From Candidatus Jordarchaeales archaeon (GTDB lineage Archaea; Asgardarchaeota; Jordiarchaeia; Jordiarchaeales; Freyrarchaeaceae), in NCBI GenBank assembly GCA_038858525.1, contig JAWCFL010000044.1, positions 1-14,298 of the forward strand: 14,298 nucleotides of DNA. The letters are read 5' to 3'. The translations under genes were made by a program, and so were the position numbers. Shown here piece by piece: positions 1 through 7,151 of this stretch. The notes beneath the pieces are model-generated. The model was not told where the DNA came from, searched no databases, and saw only the letters and a list, made by a program, of their open reading frames with translations. Positions within the stretch are counted from its first letter, which is position 1, and each line of letters opens with the position of its first letter.

Positions 1-735
1 GGGTATTCCTCCTCCCATGTCAAACTCTGACAACTTGAATCCGAGTGTGTCCTCGACTATCTTTACGGTTCTGCTGACTCGGTATGCTCCTTCCTCGAAC
101 ACTTCGACTCTTGGCACTTGGGATGCTATGTGGCAGTGGACGCCTATGGGGTTCACGCCGTCCCCTTTGAGGGCTTCTCTGTAAACCTCCACGGCTTCCT
201 CTAGTGTTACGCCGAACTTGGAGAGTGAGGCTGCTGTCTCGAAGCTTGCGTGTGTTCCCGCGACAACGCCTGAGGAAACTCTGAACGCCACGTTCACCTC
301 CACCCCGCGCTCTCTAGCCACACGTCTCAGTCTCTCCAGCTCGCACACTGAGTCCAAGTTAACGCAGTGTAGACCAAGCTCAGCCGCCGCCTGCAGCTCT
401 CTCAGCGTCTTCGCGGCGCCGTTAAAAATTATCTGCTCCGGCTTAAATCCCGCCTTTAGGGCAGCGAAAAGTTCTCCTTCACTGCTCACTTCCACGTTCA
501 ACCCTAAGCTTCTTATTAGTTTCAGCACTGATATGTTCGAGTTTGCCTTGCTGGCGTAGTAAACGTTCTCCCTGCCGAAGGCGGCTGCGACCTCTTCAGC
601 TCTCCTCCTAATAGTCTCCTCCGAGAAGACGAAGAGGGGGGTTCCGAACTCCTCGGCGAGCTCCACGAGGTCTACTCCGTCGAGGCAAAGGTGGTTGTCG
701 TCATTCACGCTCAAGTTTTCGTTAAACGGAAACAC
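1..735 (-). CDS. lysA: Diaminopimelate decarboxylase-like PLP fold-III decarboxylase, N-terminal 245 aa; continues beyond the left edge of the window
   Basis: Not in the ORF track; translated by hand from GTG at 735: MFPFNENLSVNDDNHLCLDGVDLVELAEEFGTPLFVFSEE...YYASKAN...EVSSEGEL...IFNGAAK...NLDS...FRV...SKFG...HCHIASQ...DMGGGIP. It has the PLP lysine motif (ASKAN), the HxH-S motif and the GGG loop. GGAGGA RBS at 749..744, with an in-frame stop just upstream of the GTG. Confidence 0.88.
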   Translation of the reverse strand, partial: MFPFNENLSVNDDNHLCLDGVDLVELAEEFGTPLFVFSEETIRRRAEEVAAAFGRENVYYASKANSNISVLKLIRSLGLNVEVSSEGELFAALKAGFKPEQIIFNGAAKTLRELQAAAELGLHCVNLDSVCELERLRRVARERGVEVNVAFRVSSGVVAGTHASFETAASLSKFGVTLEEAVEVYREALKGDGVNPIGVHCHIASQVPRVEVFEEGAYRVSRTVKIVEDTLGFKLSEFDMGGGIP

Positions 736-832
736 TATTCAAATCCTCCAACAATCACCATTCCACTAGAAAACATTTTAGTGCGTGTGTTTAAACTCTT
801 TCCCGTGAGTTAAAGTTTCGAGGTTTCTGAAG

Positions 833-2281
833 ATGGACCTTAGAAGAATGTTTGAACCTAAAAGCATAGCGGTGGTTGGTGTTTCGGAAAATTTCCTTAA
901 CCCGGGAACGGTCATCTTCAGGAAGAACCTTCACGAAATGGAGGTTAACACATTTGGGGTTAACCCTAAGGGCGGAGTCATGGATGGACGCGAAATATAC
1001 CGGAAGGTGAGCGACATACCAGTCGACCTAGACCTAGTGGTCATAGCGATCAGGGCTGAGTACGTTAATCCCGTGGTTGAAGAGTGCGGCGAAATAGGTG
1101 TCGGAGGAGTAGTGGTGATCTCGGGCGGTTTCGCCGAGGCAGGGGGGGCAGGCATCGAGAGACAGAGAGAACTTACCAGAATAGCGTTAAAGTATGACTT
1201 GCCAGTTATAGGTCCGAACTGCTTCGGCATATATAGCCCTCCTTACGTTGACACGTTTTTCCTTCCAAGCGAGAGAATGGTTAAGCTTCCACCCGGCAAC
1301 ATAGCGATAATAAGCCAGTCTGGCGGCTTCATGGTTGACCACTTCTTCTCAAGGTTCTATGAGAGGAACCTTGGAATATCGATCGCAGTAGGTGTGGGGA
1401 ACAAGGCAGTCGTTGACGAAGCCATGATCCTGAATTACTTAGAAAAGGATCCCAGAACGAAGACGGTAACCTTTTACATTGAGGGGTTCAGGGAAAGAGA
1501 AGGAGCGAGGTTCCTTGAGGCGGCAAGGTCATGCGCCGAGAAGAAAACAGTCGTCGTTTTCAGGGCTGGAAAAACAGAGACAGCCAAGCGGACCGTAGCG
1601 TCGCACACAGGGCTGATGGCTACTTCACCCAAGCTCTTCTCAGCAGCCCTTAAGCAAAACGGAATAATAGAAGCCCAGTCCGAGGACGAGATAATAAGCT
1701 TCGCGAAGGTCTTCTCCTTCAACCTTAAACCGATAGAGAGAGGCAACGTCGCCATAGTGACTATATCCGGCGGGCACGGCGTGGTCTGCTCAGACCTATG
1801 CGCCGAAGCTGGACTGAAGCTCGTAGAACTAACAGAGGAAGAGCAACAGGAGCTGAGGTCCCGCCTCAAGCCCTCAGCAGCCTATGTTGCCACGCTGAAA
1901 AACCCCATAGACCTTACTGGAAGCGCCACTGACGACGACATGGAAGCCACGCTAAACTTCCTACTAGAAAAAGAGGACGTTGACGCCGTGATAATACTCA
2001 CGTTCCCCTACCCGCCAGCGCTGAGCTTGACTCTGGGACGCCGCCTCTCAAACATCGCCGTGCTCTACGACAAGCCAGTTGTCGCCCACGTTCCATGGCT
2101 ACCCAAGTACAGCATGATAGTTGAGGGCTTCGAGTACAATGGGGTTCCAGTCGCTCATACCATCGCTGAAGTGGTGCAGATGGTCAAGGCTCTATACATT
2201 AAGGGCCAGTTGCTAAAGGCGGCAAGGAAAAGAACACTAGAAGCAGTCATGGAAACCCCCTCTAAGCAATGTGGAGAATGA
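833..2281 (+). CDS. Acyl-CoA synthetase / acetate-CoA ligase (ADP-forming), alpha subunit
   Basis: N-terminal CoA-binding Rossmann domain (FEPKSIAVVG, VNPK, DLVVIA), then ISGGFAE, GPNCFG, SQSGG, GNKA, YIEG, the phospho-His motif SHTG, and SGGHG and NPIDLTG. No fused ATP-grasp beta domain. Confidence 0.9.
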   Translation: MDLRRMFEPKSIAVVGVSENFLNPGTVIFRKNLHEMEVNTFGVNPKGGVMDGREIYRKVSDIPVDLDLVVIAIRAEYVNPVVEECGEIGVGGVVVISGGFAEAGGAGIERQRELTRIALKYDLPVIGPNCFGIYSPPYVDTFFLPSERMVKLPPGNIAIISQSGGFMVDHFFSRFYERNLGISIAVGVGNKAVVDEAMILNYLEKDPRTKTVTFYIEGFREREGARFLEAARSCAEKKTVVVFRAGKTETAKRTVASHTGLMATSPKLFSAALKQNGIIEAQSEDEIISFAKVFSFNLKPIERGNVAIVTISGGHGVVCSDLCAEAGLKLVELTEEEQQELRSRLKPSAAYVATLKNPIDLTGSATDDDMEATLNFLLEKEDVDAVIILTFPYPPALSLTLGRRLSNIAVLYDKPVVAHVPWLPKYSMIVEGFEYNGVPVAHTIAEVVQMVKALYIKGQLLKAARKRTLEAVMETPSKQCGE

Positions 2282-2287
2282 TCTAAC

Positions 2288-2306
2288 TTCTTCCCTTTTT
2301 CCTTTT
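2288..2306 (+). terminator. Pyrimidine/T-tract terminator after the acyl-CoA synthetase gene
   Basis: TTCTTCCCTTTTTCCTTTT immediately after the stop codon, as is typical of archaeal intrinsic terminators. Confidence 0.5.
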
Positions 2307-2310
2307 GACC

Positions 2311-2323
2311 GAAAGGTTTTATG
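2311..2323 (+). promoter_or_regulatory. BRE-TATA promoter candidate for the hypothetical-MEMO1 operon
   Basis: GAAAGGTTTTATG about 50-60 nt upstream of the TTG start at 2373. The same GAAAnn-TTTWAW pattern recurs upstream of other genes in the window. Confidence 0.45.
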
Positions 2324-2372
2324 GGTGGTAAGCGCACTTCATTTATTTTAGTGGTTTGATGGAGGGTGTGTT

Positions 2373-2939
2373 TTGGCGCAGGAAGTCCAGGAGATAATGT
2401 CTCTCTTGAGGAGAGTTGTTTCGACACTTAAGGAAGTCTCGGTTAAGATTAACGAGGCATCATATACTCTCTCGACAGTTGTGGGCATGCTGGAGTCTCT
2501 TAAGCTTCCTGAGGAGCGGAAGGAGGTCAGCGCGGCTGTTGAGGTAACTGAGGGGGCTGCCCCCTCGGTTGCTGGCGTTGAGACCGTTAAAGCGGCTGAA
2601 AGTGAGGCTGGTGCTAAGCCAACCGTGGCTGAGGCTGCCGGGGAGGAGCGGCTTGTTAAGGTCTCCGAAAGGGTGCGCAAGCCAATAGAGGAACGGTTTA
2701 AGAAGCTGGAGTCTCTTATTGAGGAGGGAACTAAGCCGGTTGAGATAGCAGAGGAGCTCCTAAGTATGAAGTCGTGGATTTACGAGGAGTACCCGTCATT
2801 TTTGCCTATAGTTTACCACATAGACATGTGGTCTAGGAAGTTGAAGTCTTATGGTGCTCCAACTCTTTCACCGAGTGACAAGAGTAGGCTTCTGTTTAGT
2901 GTGGCTGAGTGGAAGGAGAGGATGACTAAGGTGAAGTAG
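2373..2939 (+). CDS. Hypothetical protein: N-terminal amphipathic helix, Ala/Glu/Val-rich linker, C-terminal helical domain
   Basis: 188-aa ORF with a GGAGGG RBS at 2361-2366 and strong codon bias. It lies 12 nt upstream of MEMO1. No family recognised with certainty. Confidence 0.8.
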   Translation: MAQEVQEIMSLLRRVVSTLKEVSVKINEASYTLSTVVGMLESLKLPEERKEVSAAVEVTEGAAPSVAGVETVKAAESEAGAKPTVAEAAGEERLVKVSERVRKPIEERFKKLESLIEEGTKPVEIAEELLSMKSWIYEEYPSFLPIVYHIDMWSRKLKSYGAPTLSPSDKSRLLFSVAEWKERMTKVK

Positions 2940-2951
2940 GAGGATTATGCT

Positions 2952-3839
2952 TTGGAGCGGATGCCCGCAGCTATAGGCTTCTACCCAGGTAACCCTGAAG
3001 AGCTAAGGCGAACAATAGCGTCCTGCTTTAAGGATAAGCATGGACCCGGAGAAGTGCCTAAGGTTAACGAGAAAGGAGCTAGAAGGGTTGTGGGCTGCGT
3101 CGCGCCTCACGCCGGCTACTACTACTCGGGCCCGGTTGCAGCCCACCTTTACAAGGCGCTGGCCGAGGACGGCAAACCGGAATGCTTTGTCATGATGGGG
3201 CCAAGCCACATGGGTTACCCTGGAGCCTCCATAATGAGGAAGGGAGTGTGGGTTCTCCCCTTCGGGAAAGCGGTGGTTGACTCTGAGCTTGCAGACGCCG
3301 TCATGAGGAACGCCGATATACTGCTGGACGAGCCGAGGGCGCATGCGAGAGAACATTCACTCGAAGTTCAGCTTCCCTTTCTCCAGTACCTTTACGGCGA
3401 GGTTCGCTTCGTGCCAATAGCCTTTGGACCAACAGATTACGAGACGTGTGTAGATGTAGGCGAGGGCGTAGCTGAGGCTACAAAGGAGCTGGGCAGGGAC
3501 GTTGTGGTCTTGGGAAGCACAGACCTAACGCATTACGGCCCAATGTATGGGTATGCGCCCGCTGGGACATCACCCATCGAAAGGGTTCTAAAGTGGATTT
3601 ATGATACTGATGGAAAAATCCTAGAAAAAATCAAGGTTATGGATTCAAGTGGGCTTTACATCCTCGTCCACGAGGAAGGCTTAACAATGTGCGGCGTGAA
3701 CGCCGTTGCAAGCATGATGGTCGCGGCGAAAAACCTCGGAGCCAAAAAAACTGAAATACTAAAATACGCTACGAGCTATGACATAAGGGGCGGGCGGGAC
3801 GCCATAGTAGGGTACCTCTCAGCGACCCTGACAAAGTAG
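2952..3839 (+). CDS. MEMO1 family protein (AmmeMemoRadiSam system protein B)
   Basis: Motifs GFYP, PHAGYYYSG, GPSH, EHSLEVQLPFLQ, STDLTHYG, MCG, YATS and VGY. GAGGA RBS upstream. Confidence 0.93.
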   Translation: MERMPAAIGFYPGNPEELRRTIASCFKDKHGPGEVPKVNEKGARRVVGCVAPHAGYYYSGPVAAHLYKALAEDGKPECFVMMGPSHMGYPGASIMRKGVWVLPFGKAVVDSELADAVMRNADILLDEPRAHAREHSLEVQLPFLQYLYGEVRFVPIAFGPTDYETCVDVGEGVAEATKELGRDVVVLGSTDLTHYGPMYGYAPAGTSPIERVLKWIYDTDGKILEKIKVMDSSGLYILVHEEGLTMCGVNAVASMMVAAKNLGAKKTEILKYATSYDIRGGRDAIVGYLSATLTK

Positions 3840-3906
3840 CATTTCCCCCAGCTCTGCGAGACGATCTGACGGCTTATTTCTGGATGAGAAGTCTCTATTC
3901 TCCACA

Positions 3907-5011
3907 CTAAAGTTTTGGGTGCTCCCCATACTTGTAATATATTCTGCATGTTCCCTCCGAGCTTACCATGCAGGGACCATAGGGCTTCTGAGGGGTGCAA
4001 GCTCTGCCGAAGAGCCTGCACTCTGGAGGGTATATTTTGCCTATCATGACGAGGTGGCAGTTGCATCCCGGGTTTATGTCCACATGCTTCATTGGGGCGA
4101 ACTCGTATTTTTTCTCGGCGTCCGCATCCTCGAACTTCTTCTTTAGGGTTAAACCTGACTGGGGGATTCTCCCTATGCCCCTCCATTCAGCGTCCGCCAC
4201 GTCGTAAACTTCGCCTATAAGCCGCTGAGCCTTAACGTTCCCCTCCTCCCTAACTACTCTACTATACTCATTTTCGCATCTGGCTTCCCCGTCGCGTAGC
4301 TGCTTTAGGAGCATGAGGACTGCTAGAAGAACATCGTTAGGTTCAAAGCCTGCCACAACAGTCGGCATCTTGTAGGCTTCTGCAAAGACCCTGAAGGCTT
4401 TGACTCCTATTATGGCTGCAACATGCCCCGGACATATGAACCCGTCTATGTGTATGTCGCCTACGCCTAAAAGAAGCTCCATGGCTGGAGGGATCAGCCT
4501 GTGATAGCACATTACACTGAAGTTCTCCGGAACCCCTCTCAGGAGCTCGCTCGCAGTGGTTGGGGCCGTGGTCTCAAAGCCAACAGAGACGAAGACCACT
4601 TCTCTTTCAGGGTTCCTGCGAGCTACTTCAACAGCGTCCGAGACACTGTAAACCACCCTAACATCTCCTCCCCTCGCCTTGGCTTCTAAAAGCGACATCC
4701 TCGTAGCTGGAACCATCATCAAGTCTCCGAACACGGTGAGAACTACTCCTTTAAGGGCGAGCTCAACAGCCCTGTCGAGCGCTACGGTTGGCGTCACACA
4801 AACAGGGCATCCGGGGCCAGCTATAACCTCAACTTCTTCGGGCAGAATGCTCCTTAGGCCAAACCGGCTTATGGTTTGTTCATGCCTCGGGGCCAGTGGC
4901 TGTCCCGCACACGTGCATAAACTTAACTTTCCGGTTTGGCCTAAGCCTTCTTATCTCTTTCGATATCTCCCTTGCAACTTCAGCGCTCCTAAAACGCTCA
5001 ACGACCTCCAA
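3907..5011 (-). CDS. hypD: Hydrogenase maturation protein HypD; predicted spliced CDS join(complement 4902..5011, 3907..4885), 362 aa
   Basis: The 3' part carries GPGCPVC, GFETT, PGHV and the C-terminal 4Fe-4S Cys cluster (GCNC...C...C...CMVSSEGTC). The 5' part, from TTG at 5011 (MEVVERFRSAEV...KFMHVCGT), is in a different frame. Removing the 16 nt at 4886..4901 joins them as MHVCGTHEQTISRFGLRS, giving 1089 nt = 363 codons. The ORF track start at 4797 truncates the gene. Confidence 0.93.
4886..4901 (-). other. Candidate 16-nt bulge-helix-bulge mRNA intron (AGCCACUGGCCCCGAG) in hypD
   Basis: Fold: UGUG/CAUG outer helix, CGGG/CCCG 4-bp central helix, 3-nt bulges ACA and AGG, and a GCC-ACU-GGC inner hairpin. 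Cutting after the second nucleotide of each bulge gives GGG ACG CAU GAA (G-T-H-E). Confidence 0.85.
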
Positions 5012-5023
5012 GCCTTCACCCGT

Positions 5024-5680
5024 CTAAGCTACCCGCCTCCCTCTTCTTATCAATTTTTCCTCCGCCAGCCTAAAGTCATTAGGCGTGTTCACATTAAAGA
5101 AAGTTTCAAGTTCAGGATCCAGTTCCCCTATGACCAGCGTCGAGACGTAGAGAGTTTTGATCCTCTCTATGAACCCCCTCATATCCCTATACCCTCTTCT
5201 TAAGGCTTCTTCGATGGCTTGCAACGCTTTGCCTGCATTATAAACGGCGACCAGAGGCTCAATGTAGCCACTTGGCCACCTTGGCACCACGGCGTCCCAC
5301 CCCTCAGCAATCTCCCTCAAGAATGATAAGACGATGGGCTTCACCAAGGGAACGTCGCAGGGTAAAAGGAGCACATATTCCTCTCTCCGATGAGAAAAAG
5401 CCGTGTAGGCGCCCACGAGGGGGGACTTGAATCCCACATCGACATCAGGTATAACTTCCACGACGCTGGCAAGTCTCTTAGCGTAATCCTTCATGTTGCT
5501 CGAGCCCGCCACCACGAACACGTCACCCGTCAGAACCCTGCACGCTTCTATGACATAGAGGATCATGGGTTTTCCTGCTAGACTCGCCAAGCCCTTCTCT
5601 ACGCCCATTCTGGAAGATGTTCCACCAGCCAGTATGGCTGCCGAGACTCGCTTACTTCCATGCGCCAAGTGCTTCCGCAT
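5024..5680 (-). CDS. mobA: Molybdenum cofactor guanylyltransferase MobA
   Basis: Motifs ILAGGTSSRMGVEK, SPLVG, PCDVP, EPLVAVY and FFNVNTP. The start overlaps the NUDIX stop region, so the exact start is uncertain. Confidence 0.88.
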   Translation of the reverse strand: MRKHLAHGSKRVSAAILAGGTSSRMGVEKGLASLAGKPMILYVIEACRVLTGDVFVVAGSSNMKDYAKRLASVVEVIPDVDVGFKSPLVGAYTAFSHRREEYVLLLPCDVPLVKPIVLSFLREIAEGWDAVVPRWPSGYIEPLVAVYNAGKALQAIEEALRRGYRDMRGFIERIKTLYVSTLVIGELDPELETFFNVNTPNDFRLAEEKLIRRGRRVA

Positions 5681-6083
5681 CCCTCAGTATCTTTTCATGG
5701 TCAAATGCCAGCTTGAGGCTTGCGGCTTCCTTAAGGGTAAACCTTTTTGCCTCCTTCGCGTCTGTAGACGCCCTCAGCTCGCCCTCAACTTCCCTACACA
5801 AGTAAGCTACCGTGACCACGTGTCCCCTCGGATCCCTGTCCGGTTCATCATAGATCCCGATTATCCTCTCAACTTCAACCTCAAGGCCAGTCTCCTCTTT
5901 AACCTCCCTTCTTAACGCCTCCTCAAGCCTCTCGCCGACCTCAACGAATCCTCCGGGAAGGGCGTAATAATCTTTGAAGGGAGGATTCAGCCTCTTAACG
6001 AGAATAATGCTCTCGCCATCCTTACCTATTATCACGGCGTCGACCGTTAGAAGAGGTGTTCTTGGCGGAGGCAATGGCACCAC
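5652..6083 (-). CDS. NUDIX hydrolase (ADP-ribose pyrophosphatase-like)
   Basis: Complete Nudix box GGFVEVGERLEEALRREVKEETGL, plus RDPRGH and the C-terminal LAFDH. Confidence 0.92.
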   Translation of the reverse strand: MVPLPPPRTPLLTVDAVIIGKDGESIILVKRLNPPFKDYYALPGGFVEVGERLEEALRREVKEETGLEVEVERIIGIYDEPDRDPRGHVVTVAYLCREVEGELRASTDAKEAKRFTLKEAASLKLAFDHEKILRDAEALGAWK

Positions 6084-6112
6084 CTCGACTAACCCAGTAA
6101 TACGTTGAAGAC

Positions 6113-7033
6113 TTAAAGCTTCCTAGTTAGCTTCAAACTTGGTAGACGCATCCTTCTCCGCTTCTCCTCGACCAGCGACGCATCACAGAGGGGACAGTAT
6201 TCTAAGCCTTCAACAAGTATCATTGCTCCACATGATGGGCACGTTCTCTCCTTAATCCTTAGCTTTCTGATAAGCTCATCAGTAGCCTTCACCATGTTCT
6301 TATCCTTAACCTGCAGGAACCCCTTTCTCGCCTGTTCAGCTATCTCTGCCGCCTCATCAAAATTGTTCATCTGACTTAACGCGAACGCCATCTCAAACCT
6401 GTTCACGGCTGCATCTCTCACATTCCCTAGCTCGTCAAAAATCATTACCGCTCTTTTTCTTGCATCCACCTCCTCGCTCAGCCACCCCATAACCCTCAAT
6501 GCCCCCGCCATGTTGGTGAACGCCATAGCCTCAACATGCCTCTCCCCGTCCATCTTAGCTTTTTCCATGGCTTCGCGGAAAATCCTAAGTGCATCCTCCG
6601 GCTTGTCGTTCATCAAGTAAGTTATCCCCATATTGCTGAGCACCCTCGCCTCAACTCCTGGGGTCCCCGCCTCCCTAGCTACCTCCAGTGCTTTCTCATG
6701 ATACTTCAAGGCTTCCTCCAGCGGCTTTCTGAGAGAGGAGTAAGCTAACCCCAGTCCGCTATAGCTCCTCGCAACCCCAGGCTTGTATCCGACTTGCTCA
6801 CACAGCCTTAACGACTCCATAAACGTTTTTAGGCTCCTCTTAACTTTCCCGTTCCTATAGAAGGCAACTCCAAGGCTTATCATTGCGTCAGCCAGCCGAC
6901 GTTTATCGTTTTTAAGCATCCTAGTAGCCCTCCGCAAAACCTTCTCGGCTTCGCTTGTTTCGCCCGTTATTAAAAGTCTCTCTCCAAGCTCTAATGGGTC
7001 CACATTTTTCTTAGACAACTTTTCCAGCTCCAT
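6113..7033 (-). CDS. Tetratricopeptide repeat protein with a C-terminal zinc ribbon
   Basis: About 5-6 TPR-like units (e.g. ADAMISLGVAFYRNGK, ARSYSGLGLAY, ARVLSNMGITY, AMAFTNMAGAL), followed by CPSCG...CPLC. Confidence 0.85.
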   Translation of the reverse strand: MELEKLSKKNVDPLELGERLLITGETSEAEKVLRRATRMLKNDKRRLADAMISLGVAFYRNGKVKRSLKTFMESLRLCEQVGYKPGVARSYSGLGLAYSSLRKPLEEALKYHEKALEVAREAGTPGVEARVLSNMGITYLMNDKPEDALRIFREAMEKAKMDGERHVEAMAFTNMAGALRVMGWLSEEVDARKRAVMIFDELGNVRDAAVNRFEMAFALSQMNNFDEAAEIAEQARKGFLQVKDKNMVKATDELIRKLRIKERTCPSCGAMILVEGLEYCPLCDASLVEEKRRRMRLPSLKLTRKL

Positions 7034-7151
7034 TTGAACTCTCCCGGGAAAACAAGTTGTCAGCTAATTTTAAAAATGGCTTCCTTTTAAAGATAGTTTT
7101 TTACGTCTCAGCTTCCTTCTTATTTCTAGGGGAGCGTGTTTGGTGTTGCCC

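Noticed and set aside
218-559. 113-aa plus-strand ORF, and the other antisense or overlapping ORFs in the track (e.g. 931..1230, 1474..1869, 2348..2680, 4679..5203, 8069..8515, 8879..9373, 10668..11297, 12992..13306, 13768..14040)
   Set aside because: They are shadows of well-supported genes on the opposite strand or in another frame, with Ser/Thr-rich, non-protein-like composition.
4880-4920. hypD as a true pseudogene, assembly error or ribosomal frameshift site
   Set aside because: Both halves keep every conserved motif and there is no slippery run. A simple frameshift would leave about 5 extra residues inside CGTHE. The insert forms an exact BHB whose cut sites restore the motif. An error cannot be fully excluded without reads.
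5012-5026. mobA TAG is in frame with the hypD start four codons later (possible amber readthrough fusion); the same spacing occurs at 9804/9791
   Set aside because: In-frame adjacency has a one-in-three chance, hypD has its own GGTGA RBS, and there is no pyrrolysine or readthrough evidence in the window.
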